Virus record (IMG/VR): IMGVR_UViG_3300008255_000111
Span: 32,001-96,000 of that record
Source: a virus
DNA length: 64,000 nucleotides
Direction: 5' to 3' (one strand)
Part shown: positions 53,918-63,475 of the stretch, piece after piece
How the letters are laid out: the number at the start of each line of letters is the position of its first letter
How positions within the stretch are numbered: position 1 is the first letter of the stretch
Notes under the pieces: model-generated
Told to the model about the DNA's origin: nothing
The model's database searches: none
Seen by the model: the letters and a program-made list of their open reading frames with translations, nothing else
Made by a program: the position numbers and the translations under genes

Positions 53918-55320
53918 CGGATCACCCCGTCAATTGACTTCACAGCAAGCTCACCTGGGTTTGTGACAGCGTTCGTCGTCGCGTCAAGAGTAGCGCGCGT
54001 GTTCGGCTCAGAAGGCACACTGGAGGAAACTAGGCGCTGTGGGATGTCGGTCAGGATGTCAGTCTGCGCGGGCGCCTGCCCAGGAGAGTAAGCTGAGATC
54101 GAAAGATCAAGACCCTGGCCACCATAGCTGTAAGTCAGCTCGCTGATCTGATAGCGCCCATCGTAGAGGAAGGACAAGCCACTGACATGCGCGATATGCC
54201 CAGGCAAGATCGTAGGGAGCGGCAGCGTTTGCCACGTCATACTCGACCCGCTCACATCCTCGGCGCGCGCTTTGAGGTAGGCCAGCTTCGCATCATAAGA
54301 AGGATCACTTTTAGAGAGCGTCGGTTGCACTGAGGTGGTGCCCGAGCGATCACCAAAGACCTGACTTGAGCCGCCAAGCGAGTCGTCCCTTACCCCAGGT
54401 CTGAGGTGGACAACGTTGACGCGCGGATCGTTCCTCGTGATCACGTCTTCAGCCGTCTCAGCGCCGCTCTCAAGATCAATGTCCTTCGCACCGAGCGCTC
54501 CAGTCCCCTTCGCGAAGGCAAGCCCTGAGTTCTTCACTGAGGGGCCGATGATCGGCATGATGCCACTGTCGATGTCGATCCGAGCTTTACGGTACTCGAA
54601 GCGCCATTCACTCCTGTTGTTGACTCGCTGCTCAGTCGGATCAAAAACCACGATGCGATTGCCGTTGATATAAAAGCCAAGCTGGGCGCGCACCGAGATG
54701 AGATCCTTGATCAGCATGAACTCGTTGTCTTTAAAGACTTCATTGAGCCGGACGCCCATCCTAGACGCAAACCTCACGTTCCCATCGTTGAGTGGGCGCT
54801 CGTCCCCTGTCGAAGCGTCAACGTAATAAACGACTGTCCCATAGGCCGCGCAGATGTCCACGATCAGCTCGTAGATGGTGCGACCATTAGCATTGAGCGA
54901 GCGTTCGTTGCGTGAGCTGAACCAAAGCGAGCCCTTCCCCTCGACCGACAACACCACTGAGTCTGGTTGAAACGTCGCGCTTGGAAGGCCAATGACTGTC
55001 GCGGAGAACTCGCGCGTCAAGAAGTTGCCGCTTGAGAAGCCAAACTGCACCTTAAGCGTCTGGCCCGGCGTGAACAGATCGAACCACGCCCCCATGAACG
55101 CTTCAAAGTTCAGCGCAGGAACCTCAAGACCAAGGCTAATGTCATTTGACGTGCCCAGGCGCGTCGTGACTGTCAACGTCTTCATGTAAGGCAGTGAGAC
55201 GCTACCTTGCGTGCGCCCCACATCGTAAGATGCCCTGTTTGGTGAGAAGTCAATAAAGCGACCTGGGTTGTTTCTATCCTCCAGGCGGCAGAGCGCGATC
55301 GGATCGATAAAGTTTGTCAC
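53914..55320 (-). CDS. baseplate hub (late control D / gp27-like)
   Basis: Gene position; P.ILPG..VSGL..YDGRYQI. Confidence 0.75.
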   Translation of the reverse strand: MTNFIDPIALCRLEDRNNPGRFIDFSPNRASYDVGRTQGSVSLPYMKTLTVTTRLGTSNDISLGLEVPALNFEAFMGAWFDLFTPGQTLKVQFGFSSGNFLTREFSATVIGLPSATFQPDSVVLSVEGKGSLWFSSRNERSLNANGRTIYELIVDICAAYGTVVYYVDASTGDERPLNDGNVRFASRMGVRLNEVFKDNEFMLIKDLISVRAQLGFYINGNRIVVFDPTEQRVNNRSEWRFEYRKARIDIDSGIMPIIGPSVKNSGLAFAKGTGALGAKDIDLESGAETAEDVITRNDPRVNVVHLRPGVRDDSLGGSSQVFGDRSGTTSVQPTLSKSDPSYDAKLAYLKARAEDVSGSSMTWQTLPLPTILPGHIAHVSGLSFLYDGRYQISELTYSYGGQGLDLSISAYSPGQAPAQTDILTDIPQRLVSSSVPSEPNTRATLDATTNAVTNPGELAVKSIDGVIR

Positions 55321-55679
55321 CTGTTCCTCGACGGGCTTTCAGTGCCGCTCGTGAGCGTCGCCACATAGTCGGCAGCGGGGATGCGCAGTTGCGTCCCTGG
55401 TGCAAACTGACTGAAGGGCAAGCGCATGTCATTAGCCAAGGCAATCACCCACCACAGCCTAGAATCGCCGTAGACGGCCTGCGCCACATTCTGAGGGTAA
55501 AGGGGGCGGGTGACGTCAAAGGTCGTGTCTCCGTTGCGAGGGGATAGGTCAGGCTGCTTAAAATAGCCCCAGGTCTGTGTCCCGTCCTCCAGCTTGAGCG
55601 CGCTCGACTGGTTAAGCCAAGATCCGGCCTTAACCACAAAAGGAGAGCTGCCGCTCACTGTCTGCTTTCTCGTCGCCAT
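55317..55679 (-). CDS. LysM/gp53-like baseplate protein
   Basis: VAQAVYGDSRLWWVIALAN..PGTQLRIP. Confidence 0.85.
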   Translation of the reverse strand: MATRKQTVSGSSPFVVKAGSWLNQSSALKLEDGTQTWGYFKQPDLSPRNGDTTFDVTRPLYPQNVAQAVYGDSRLWWVIALANDMRLPFSQFAPGTQLRIPAADYVATLTSGTESPSRNR

Positions 55680-55690
55680 CTAATCACCTC

Positions 55691-58600
55691 CTAGAATAAG
55701 CCGCCATCCTCGCTATCTTCTTTCCTTTTCCCGAGCCTGTTGATCGCATCGACGATCGCCTTGCCACTCTCGGTCGTCGCTGAGGCGATCGTAGCAAAGC
55801 CCTTGCGATTCATCTCGACGACTGGCGTGTCGTCGGCTGCGGGCACACCCAGCGCCGCTTGAGGTGCCACGGCCCTCGTCTGCTTCACAGATGCCACTGG
55901 CGTGACTGATGCCGGGTTGCTTCTGGCGAGGTAGTTGGCATTGAACTCGCGCTCGCTGGCACCAACACCACTCAGATAAGCTGAGCCAATACCCTGCACG
56001 TTCGCACCCGTGTTGCGCTCAAGATCCGCCCTTCTCGACTCAAGGTTGCGCTTGTTGTAGTAGGCCACGCCTCTGAGCTGGCCCTGCATGATAGACAGGT
56101 TCTCAGCCATCTTAGACGCCATCGTGACACCCTGCGCTGAGTTATTCGCGCTCACCGCCGCCTCATAGTCGCCAACAATGCGCGCTCGCTCCTCAGCAAG
56201 CTGCTCGCTCGACTTCTTACGGGCGTCCTCGATCAGCTTCGCGTCGAACATGGTCCCCTTGGTGAAGCCAAACTCAGACGCGTTCATCCCGAGGAACGCT
56301 TCTGCTGAGGCAGGCAGCAGACCTCTTGGAATCTTGCGAGCGATCTTCTGGATGGTGATGATCTGCGACACCACGAACTGCTCGATCGCCTGGACGATCG
56401 GCGCCAGCACGTCAAACACGACCGTCTGCTTAAAGCCAGTGAATGAGGCCGTCAGGTTGAGCAGCATCATCTTGCCACCCATCTTAAAGCCTTCAAAGAA
56501 ATTCTTGCTGCTCTTGTGAAGCTCGTTAAAGACGCCCTGGGCGATCTCAAGACCCTTTACAAAGCGCTCGATCACACCGAGCAGCGCACCACCGCCTACC
56601 TCAGCGATCGTCCAGAACACCTCCATTGAGGTGATCTTAAAGCGCTCAAACGCATACTTGCCACCCTCAATCGCGAGGTCAAAGATCATGATCGCCTTGA
56701 GCATCCAGCCCTCGGCCTGCATCACAAGAGAGTCGTAGAAGTTCTGAAAGTCCTTCTTACCGATCCCTAGCGACTTAGAGATCATGCCGGGGATGCCCAA
56801 GAACATCGCGTTCAAGATGGAGGTGAAGCTCGATGCGATGTTAAACCCTGTGTCATTCATCTCCTTGAGCGACATCTCGCCATATTTGTTGATCAGCTTG
56901 GCGCTGTTCTTCGCGATCGATGGTGCTTGCTCATAGATCGCGACGGCGCCCATCACGCCGCCTGCGACCTTGGCGATACGACCCGCACCCTTGAGCTTGG
57001 AGCCGCCCCCCGCTTTCGCAGCGAGCTTACCTGCCCCACCAAGAATGCCTCGGCCCGCTTTGCCCGCCAGCTTCCCTCCAGGCAGTTTGCCCATCGCAGC
57101 GAGGCCCACGCCTGCCACGAGCGCACCTCCCACAAACTTACCCGCACCTTCTGCTTTCTTGCTCGCGGGCATGTTGGGGTCCGCGACGTACTGAAACGCC
57201 TTAGAGAGCATCCCTGAGATTGACCCTCCCAGCGCTCGAAGCGTTGAGGTGCCCAGCTTGGCAAACGCATCAGTCAGCCTAGATGTGGTTTTTTCGGCAA
57301 GGCTCTTGGTGGGGTCGGCCAGGGCGGCATCCCCAGAAGGCCCTGAGATCATCTTCTCTAAGATGTCAGTCGCGAAGTCGAAGGCCCCGATGAACGCATC
57401 GCCCATGAAGCCGCCAACCTTCTCTCCAAGGCTCTCCCAATCCACTTTATCAAGAAGCCCACTGAGCCCGTTGAGGATCTTCGTTCCCATGTAGCTCAGG
57501 CCAGAGATGATCTTAGGCGCGATCTCAACGGCCTGCGTCCAAGCAGCTCCGAGCGCTTTCTCGATCTTGGGCCAGTTTTTCTTGATCGTCTTCTCAGCGT
57601 TATCAACAAAGCCCTTGATCCCGCCTTTGAAGTTCTTTTCAAGGTGGATGAGGCCATAGATGAGCGCAGCTCCCCCGCCGATAAGACCCAACGGACCCAT
57701 CAGGAACTTGGTGAAGTTGAAGCCCATGAACTTCATCGCCGCTGCGACCGCCAAGAGCTGAGGCGCGAAGCTCGCAAGAGCACCCACCGCGCCAAGCACC
57801 TTGCTCTCGTTCTCGTCAAAGAAGGCATTGAGGAATTTAAACTGCCTCATTGAGTCGATGATTGAGATCGCGACGCCTTGGATACCAGCCACACGGAAGG
57901 CAAGGAAAGCTCGCGTCGCCGCGCCGACTGGTCCCGTGTCCTTGCTCCACTTCTCTAGCTGATCACCTATCGCCTTATAAGCCTTGTTGTTGAGTTTAAG
58001 GAACTTCGACTGCACACCTGAAGCCGCTGCCATGTGGCTGAGGCGTGTGTTGAACTTCTCCTGCATCCTGCTGAACATATCAGCGGCGGTGAAGCCTGTT
58101 CGATACGCTTTGGCGAGGTTGTTGGCGCTGCCCGCTGCGTTGGTGAGCGACTTCTGAACGCGATCGATCTCCCCCGCCACTTTGGAGAAGTTGCCCTTGA
58201 TCAACCAGTCAGGCGAGGCGTTCATCGACTGCAAGAGATTCTTGTCTACAAACTTCTTCTGCGCGTCGGTCAGGTTGGTGTAGTTGGCAGCGAGCGCCTT
58301 CACAAAGTCAAGCGGGTTGGCTCTCATTAGCTCAGTAGCCGACCCAAAGTCGCCCATGCTCAGGTTAAGGCGCTGAAGCATGTCAGGCAGATCGGCGCCC
58401 ACGCCCTGCGCAAGCGACTCGAAGTCGTTACGCGTATCGGCAAGCATCGAGAACAGATCCGTCGCCTTGCTGATGGCTTCAGACGGCTTGTCCCCCGTCT
58501 TAATCATCGCGCCTGCCAACAGCAGCACTTGGTCGTTAAGCTCGGTCATCTCCTTGGCAGTGACGTTGGGGTTGATCTTCCTGAGCTTGTCGTCAAACGT

Positions 58601-59242
58601 GCTCAGCGTACTCCCCATTGACTGCATCACCGTGTCGGCAAAACCAAGCTCTTGACCGATCTTCACGCTGCGATCCAAGAACTTCTTGGCCTCAGTCTCG
58701 CTGAAGCCATAAGACTTGGTGAGGAGTCTGATGTTTGTCACCAGATCCTTGCCGCTGACGCCCGCCACCTCTGCAAACTTCGTGAACTCTTGGAGGTTTT
58801 TAAAGCCGAGGTTTTGGAGTGACAGGCCAGAGCGCTCAAGCTCAACCCACGTCTCCTGCACCGCCTTAGAGTCAACGTTCAAATCGTAGAAGAACGCCGT
58901 CTCTTTCTTCATCTGCCGGAGCTGCTTAGAGGTCAGGCCAGCATTAGCGCCAAGAGCGGCGGCTGATTTCCCTGCACTGGCGAAGGTTGAATCAAGGCTT
59001 GTGCTGAGGTTGATATTGGAGGAGGCGGCGTCACCTACTGAGTCTAGCTTCTTCACAAGCTGGTCGAGCTTGGCGAGGCTCACCGCGTCAATCAAGCTGT
59101 TGAGCGAGTTGACCTTGCCGATCTTGGTCAGGACAGACTCGATCGACTCTAGCTTCTTATAGAGCAGAGCGATCTCTTTCTTTGCGCTATCTGCCTTCGC
59201 AAAGAAAGAGACGCCGAGGCCACCATAATTTCTGTCACCCAT
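55691..59242 (-). CDS. tape measure protein
   Basis: 1183 aa; helical, A/G/K-rich with hydrophobic stretches; located between the chaperone and LysM genes. Confidence 0.9.
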   Translation of the reverse strand: MGDRNYGGLGVSFFAKADSAKKEIALLYKKLESIESVLTKIGKVNSLNSLIDAVSLAKLDQLVKKLDSVGDAASSNINLSTSLDSTFASAGKSAAALGANAGLTSKQLRQMKKETAFFYDLNVDSKAVQETWVELERSGLSLQNLGFKNLQEFTKFAEVAGVSGKDLVTNIRLLTKSYGFSETEAKKFLDRSVKIGQELGFADTVMQSMGSTLSTFDDKLRKINPNVTAKEMTELNDQVLLLAGAMIKTGDKPSEAISKATDLFSMLADTRNDFESLAQGVGADLPDMLQRLNLSMGDFGSATELMRANPLDFVKALAANYTNLTDAQKKFVDKNLLQSMNASPDWLIKGNFSKVAGEIDRVQKSLTNAAGSANNLAKAYRTGFTAADMFSRMQEKFNTRLSHMAAASGVQSKFLKLNNKAYKAIGDQLEKWSKDTGPVGAATRAFLAFRVAGIQGVAISIIDSMRQFKFLNAFFDENESKVLGAVGALASFAPQLLAVAAAMKFMGFNFTKFLMGPLGLIGGGAALIYGLIHLEKNFKGGIKGFVDNAEKTIKKNWPKIEKALGAAWTQAVEIAPKIISGLSYMGTKILNGLSGLLDKVDWESLGEKVGGFMGDAFIGAFDFATDILEKMISGPSGDAALADPTKSLAEKTTSRLTDAFAKLGTSTLRALGGSISGMLSKAFQYVADPNMPASKKAEGAGKFVGGALVAGVGLAAMGKLPGGKLAGKAGRGILGGAGKLAAKAGGGSKLKGAGRIAKVAGGVMGAVAIYEQAPSIAKNSAKLINKYGEMSLKEMNDTGFNIASSFTSILNAMFLGIPGMISKSLGIGKKDFQNFYDSLVMQAEGWMLKAIMIFDLAIEGGKYAFERFKITSMEVFWTIAEVGGGALLGVIERFVKGLEIAQGVFNELHKSSKNFFEGFKMGGKMMLLNLTASFTGFKQTVVFDVLAPIVQAIEQFVVSQIITIQKIARKIPRGLLPASAEAFLGMNASEFGFTKGTMFDAKLIEDARKKSSEQLAEERARIVGDYEAAVSANNSAQGVTMASKMAENLSIMQGQLRGVAYYNKRNLESRRADLERNTGANVQGIGSAYLSGVGASEREFNANYLARSNPASVTPVASVKQTRAVAPQAALGVPAADDTPVVEMNRKGFATIASATTESGKAIVDAINRLGKRKEDSEDGGLF

Positions 59243-59245
59243 CGT

Positions 59246-59587
59246 TCACCACCGCAGTACAAGAAAGACCCTCTTGTGCTTGATCATCAAGTCTTGCGGT
59301 AAAGTGTCGTTCAACTCAGGGTCGGGAACAAGGACCACATGATCGCGCTCTGCGTCGTCCTCGTCTTCTTTGAGGTAGAGCAGGTAATAATAAGAGCGGC
59401 CCTCAAACACCATCATGATGTCGCGCTCAAAGCCATGCTCCTCAAGCGCGTCCCAGGCAGCGGCGAAGATCGGACTATCTGCGATCGCCAAGCTCAAGAC
59501 GCCTGAGTCCCCAAAGGGCTCAACCTTGACGTTCGGGATGATAATGAACGGGCAGGTCGTATCCTGATCGAACTCAAGCCTGAACAT
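59246..59587 (-). CDS. hypothetical protein
   Basis: 113 aa acidic ORF with GAGG SD. Confidence 0.7.
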   Translation of the reverse strand: MFRLEFDQDTTCPFIIIPNVKVEPFGDSGVLSLAIADSPIFAAAWDALEEHGFERDIMMVFEGRSYYYLLYLKEDEDDAERDHVVLVPDPELNDTLPQDLMIKHKRVFLVLRW

Positions 59588-59605
59588 GGGAACCTCTCTC
59601 TCTTG

Positions 59606-59911
59606 TCACTTGCCGCCGAAGATCCTGCCAAGCAGCTTGCTGAGTCCTTTGAACTTGAGGCTTTCTTGCTCTGCTTCGTTTTGGCGGCGCTTATTGATCC
59701 AGTGCAGCATCAACGACCTCTCAGCGACGCTCATGTCAAGCACGTCATCAAGACGCACACCAAGCTCAAGCGCAATCTCGCCTGAAGTCTCGATCACATC
59801 TGAGACGTGATCTGCGCTGCCATGAGGCATGAAGAATGAGGCGCCTGCGTAGTAGAATGCCTCGATCGCTGTGTGTGGACGCTTTTTTAAGTCTGGACCG
59901 ACTCGGCTCAC
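59606..59911 (-). CDS. C-terminal part of the frameshifted tail assembly chaperone (GT-like)
   Basis: In the -1 frame of the upstream chaperone; LDMSVAER motif. Confidence 0.75.
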   Translation of the reverse strand: MSRVGPDLKKRPHTAIEAFYYAGASFFMPHGSADHVSDVIETSGEIALELGVRLDDVLDMSVAERSLMLHWINKRRQNEAEQESLKFKGLSKLLGRIFGGK

Positions 59912-60939
59912 ACTTCCAAGTCGGTAGGGTAAAAAAAAGCGGGGTCTTGCGGGTGAAGCAAGAACTCAAGGTTGGCGCCACACGAGTTGCACGACAGGTA
60001 AACGTTGTGATCGAAGTAGGGCTCATAGGAGGTGAACTCCTTGAAGATGAGAAGCCTCACCGCCTCGGGGAGCGTCAGCAGCTTGTCGATACTGTCGAGC
60101 TTAGACAAGACCAGCGCTCCGTCGTCTGTTTGCCCTCCCGTGTGGCGGCGGCCCAGATAGACCGTCTCGACCTCATCGTCTTTGTTGAGCTTAGGGAAGG
60201 TGATATTATCGATCCTGGCGACGCACGCTGATGTCACAATATCAAGGCTGCGCTCGTTTGGATCTGCGACATCTTGGCGGTTGGCCACTTCTTTCCTTCG
60301 GTGACGCTTGCGGTCCACAGCGGCGGCCTTCGTGCGACTTTCCTCCCTCAACTGCTTGTCCACGTCAAAGAGGTACTTGGCGTCGTGCTGAGTCATCATG
60401 TGCCAAGTGACTTCCCAGACATAGCCGTGAACGTTGATGCTGGAGGTGATCGGCTCAAAGTGGTCCACGTCTAGCCCCTCGACGCCCATCTCCTCCATGT
60501 TCGCCGTGTAGCGCGCGTCGTGGCCACACTTCTCACATTCAATCCTGAACGTGTATTTGCTGCCCAAGCTCATCTGACGCAGCTTAAACAGCAGATAGGT
60601 GTAGTCCGCCAAGAGGATGCGCCCTTTAAGGATCTCTAGGATCTCGTGCCTGCTCGTATAGTTTCCAAAGGCGGCGATCGACTCTAGCAGGAGCCGATCG
60701 AGCGCCACGTCGCCAGCGATCTTGCCCGATGTAGCATCTGACAGGACCATATCACCCTTACCTGTGATGCCTTTAAGGAGCACAGTCGGCAGGCGCTCGC
60801 CCTTATAGAGCGGCCCACCAAAAGGAAGCTCCACCGTTGCAAGGAAGTCTTTGCCGTCAAACTTAATCTCAGGCAGCTCACCGAGCGTCTTGGTGGCGTG
60901 CATCTCCAGCTTTTCGAGAACGTCTTTTTTATCACTCAT
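59908..60939 (-). CDS. tail assembly chaperone / baseplate hub assembly protein
   Basis: VELP..; DYTYLLFKLR..SLG; two CxxCG motifs; ends AFFYP; start MSDKK at 60939. Confidence 0.8.
   Translation of the reverse strand: MSDKKDVLEKLEMHATKTLGELPEIKFDGKDFLATVELPFGGPLYKGERLPTVLLKGITGKGDMVLSDATSGKIAGDVALDRLLLESIAAFGNYTSRHEILEILKGRILLADYTYLLFKLRQMSLGSKYTFRIECEKCGHDARYTANMEEMGVEGLDVDHFEPITSSINVHGYVWEVTWHMMTQHDAKYLFDVDKQLREESRTKAAAVDRKRHRRKEVANRQDVADPNERSLDIVTSACVARIDNITFPKLNKDDEVETVYLGRRHTGGQTDDGALVLSKLDSIDKLLTLPEAVRLLIFKEFTSYEPYFDHNVYLSCNSCGANLEFLLHPQDPAFFYPTDLEV
59931..59938 (-). other. slippery sequence T TTT TTT for a programmed -1 frameshift
   Basis: GCT TTT TTT TAC; the -1 frame reads FFLPYRLGSVSRVGPD into 59606..59911. 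Confidence 0.8.
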
Positions 60940-60957
60940 GGGAAACCTCGGGAAAGC

Positions 60958-60977
60958 GACTGCAATCGATTGCAGTC
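60958..60977. repeat. palindrome (core 60960-60975)
   Basis: GA-core-TC, 21 bp upstream of the chaperone ATG. Confidence 0.95.
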
Positions 60978-61139
60978 CAACGTGGGGAGCTTTCAAGCTC
61001 GTAAATGGTGACTTCACCTTGGGCGGCCCGCTCACACACCTTGAGCCAAAGCTCGATCGCGGCGTCGCGCGTGCCTGCCTTGTGGTGAATAAAGCAACGA
61101 CCACCCTCCTGCCAGAACACCTGGAAGCCTAAAGGCGTC

Positions 61140-61880
61140 TCACCTGTGGCGATCATTCTTCTCATGAGTCCCATCCAACACAGCTAACCTTGACTTGGCA
61201 ACACTAATGGCCTCAGCCGATATATCATTAACAATGAAGCGACGGCCATGTCGAGCTGCACATACTGCTGTGGTGCCGCTGCCGACGAACGGGTCAATGA
61301 CCATATCGCCTGCGTTGGTGCTGTTGAGCAAAAGCGTGCTCACAAGCTCCTCCGGCTTCTGTGTGGGATAGCCCTTGTGAATCGGAGGCACCAAGAGCAC
61401 GTCAGGCACAGACAAATCATTGAGGCGCCGCTTGTCCCTCTTTCCAGGCTTAGGGCCGCGCCCGAACATCAGGATGTTCTCGCTGGTGCGGCGGTAGTGA
61501 TAGCCCATACCCATCTTGAGCTTGCCCGGCTCTTTCGCTGCCTTCACCCATGTCAGGCTGTTCCAGAACCAGAAGCCCGCTGCCACAGCCATCGGATGTG
61601 CGACAAAGGCTGTCTCATCATCACAGAAAAAATAGAAGTGCGTGTTCGGCTTCATGACGCGGTAAATCTCGCTCATGAGCGAGGGGATGTTTTCGTTTTT
61701 AAAGACCTGAAACCAGTCGTTACTACTTGCGTCGCTATGACTAAGGCGCGTGGTCGTCCCAACGCTTCGGTGCTTCTCTAGTGACTCGTAAGCAATATCT
61801 GTGATCACGCAGTCAGCGACCCCTGACTCAAGGCCCGACAAAAACTCAATGGCGTCCTTCGTCGCAAAGGTGCGATCCAT
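61140..61880 (-). CDS. beta-class N4/N6 DNA methyltransferase with atypical DIAY motif
   Basis: ITDIAY, YPTQKP, IDPFVGSGTT; start moved to 61880. Confidence 0.88.
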   Translation of the reverse strand: MDRTFATKDAIEFLSGLESGVADCVITDIAYESLEKHRSVGTTTRLSHSDASSNDWFQVFKNENIPSLMSEIYRVMKPNTHFYFFCDDETAFVAHPMAVAAGFWFWNSLTWVKAAKEPGKLKMGMGYHYRRTSENILMFGRGPKPGKRDKRRLNDLSVPDVLLVPPIHKGYPTQKPEELVSTLLLNSTNAGDMVIDPFVGSGTTAVCAARHGRRFIVNDISAEAISVAKSRLAVLDGTHEKNDRHR

Positions 61881-62045
61881 TAGACCCTCGTTCGCTGAGG
61901 TTTGATATGACAAGAACCGAGACAGGCCGTGATGTGAAATCACGGCCTGTCCCTGCAACCCATAAGGAAAGACACCCGCAGCCATTTCCTTATATGTTGA
62001 AGATGACGACGCGCCCTTGTTCGCGCCGCCGTCCTCACCATTAAG

Positions 62046-62234
62046 CTACCCAACAGGAAAGAGGGGCACAACCCATATTTTACCAAGGGCCGTTTTATTT
62101 TGGTCTTTCACCTTCTCCAAGTCCTCACTGTTCCAGACCGTGCTCAGCCCTGGACTTGCAACCAACAACGGGGTGTTGGCCGTCGTCGTGGTGACACTCT
62201 CCTCTTGCTCTTGCTTGTGTTCATCTGAGCGCAT
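62046..62234 (-). CDS. small hypothetical protein
   Basis: Start overlaps the end of tube 2; GAGG SD. Confidence 0.5.
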   Translation of the reverse strand: MRSDEHKQEQEESVTTTTANTPLLVASPGLSTVWNSEDLEKVKDQNKTALGKIWVVPLFPVG

Positions 62235-62883
62235 TCCTCACCTCTCTAAGTCTAAGCGGCGTCCCCAGCACAAACTCGCTAAAGCTGGAGATGCTGATGT
62301 CCAGCTCCGCCACGCTGATCTCCTCGCCACTTCCATCGAAGTCCTGAGCTGCTTTATAGCGCGTCGGCACGCAGCCCTTCAAGAGCCAGACACGAGCCGA
62401 CCAGTCCAGCGCTGAGGCAGCGAGGCCCGTCGCCGCTGAGATCACTGGACGGTCGCGCTGGTTGCTCGCAAGCGCTGACACAAGAAGGCTTGAGACGATG
62501 CCTATCTTCTCGATGTCGCTTTTCCTACTGTCGATCTGACCGTGGATCTGGATGAGCGCCAAGTCGCGACGATAGATGCCTCGACCATGCTGAGCTTTTC
62601 TGATCCACTGGTAGAACTCATCGTCGCCTGTGAGCACCCCTCGTTGAAGCGTCAGCGCATCGACCTTGCCACGCTTAATCACATCGATCGAGTAAGGCAA
62701 GTTGCCCGGCCTAACCTCCTGCGTCTCAAGCGAGATCGATGGTGCTGTGATCGACTTGAAGCCGATCTGCGGCGTCAGCGCCAGAAAAGGCACGTTGAGG
62801 TTGCTAAAGCCGCCTGTGCGCGTCACGTCAAGCAAGTGGAAGTTGAAGCTGTTGAAGTAGTCTTCTGATGTCGTGCGCGCCAT
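62221..62883 (-). CDS. tail tube protein 2 (T4 gp19-like)
   Basis: FNFH..GFKSI..LTLQRGV..FYQW..RRDL..W.L..C.PTRYK..EL. Confidence 0.85.
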   Translation of the reverse strand: MARTTSEDYFNSFNFHLLDVTRTGGFSNLNVPFLALTPQIGFKSITAPSISLETQEVRPGNLPYSIDVIKRGKVDALTLQRGVLTGDDEFYQWIRKAQHGRGIYRRDLALIQIHGQIDSRKSDIEKIGIVSSLLVSALASNQRDRPVISAATGLAASALDWSARVWLLKGCVPTRYKAAQDFDGSGEEISVAELDISISSFSEFVLGTPLRLREVRNALR

Positions 62884-62901
62884 AGTCTCACCTTCAAATG
62901 A

Positions 62902-62929
62902 TAAGGGCTGCAATCGCTTGCAGCCCTTA
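62902..62929. repeat. palindrome variant CTGCAATCGCTTGCAG (core 62908-62923), extended to 28 bp
   Basis: TAAGGG-core-CCCTTA, between the two tube genes. Confidence 0.9.
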
Positions 62930-62932
62930 AGA

Positions 62933-63475
62933 TCAGGTGGGGAGGCGGGAGTCGTCAACCGTGAACTGCTCAAACTTCAGATCGACCTCTTGCATAGAGG
63001 CGTCCTCGCTCGTGGCGTCAAGGTCAGACCCAGGCTTGGCCCTCACCACAAACGCTTCGTTCACGCTGATGATTCGAGCCGCCTGTGGGTTGTAGGCGGG
63101 CTGGCGTTGACGAAGGTTGGGCGCCGTGTCTTGAGTGAACTGATAGATCGTAAGATCCATCCTGTATTCAAGCCTTTCGAGGTAGCGCTCGATCATCCTT
63201 AAGAACGTGGTGTCAAGCCTGACTACGCCGCGCGTCATGCTGATCTCGTTCGTGCTTAAGAGGCCGGGCTGGTGGATGGGGAAGGGGCTTAAGCCGTGGC
63301 GATACTCAATCTGCCCAACCGTATATTCAGGATAGGTGACTGACTGAAAGCCCGCCTCGGCCCCGTCTGGACCCTTGTTGAAGCCCACGGGATTTGAGGT
63401 GTTAGGGTCCGCGCTCACCGAGGTGACGTGGAACCTGAAGTTTTGCATGAAGTCGTCTGTGCTCGCGCGTGGCAT
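62933..63475 (-). CDS. tail tube protein 1 (T4 gp19-like)
   Basis: FRFHV..AGFQSV..IEYRHG..PG..ISMTRGV..DLDATS..E. Confidence 0.9.
   Translation of the reverse strand: MPRASTDDFMQNFRFHVTSVSADPNTSNPVGFNKGPDGAEAGFQSVTYPEYTVGQIEYRHGLSPFPIHQPGLLSTNEISMTRGVVRLDTTFLRMIERYLERLEYRMDLTIYQFTQDTAPNLRQRQPAYNPQAARIISVNEAFVVRAKPGSDLDATSEDASMQEVDLKFEQFTVDDSRLPT

Noticed and set aside
3710-62929. Palindrome copies as a CRISPR array or integron attC sites
   Set aside because: Copies are kilobases apart with no constant-length spacers, no cas or integrase gene is in the window, and they do not flank every gene.
627-63202. Plus-strand ORFs in the track (e.g. 4788..5522, 9358..10104, 21122..22018, 33144..33932)
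   Set aside because: They are antisense shadows of minus-strand genes in GC-rich DNA and show no recognisable motifs.
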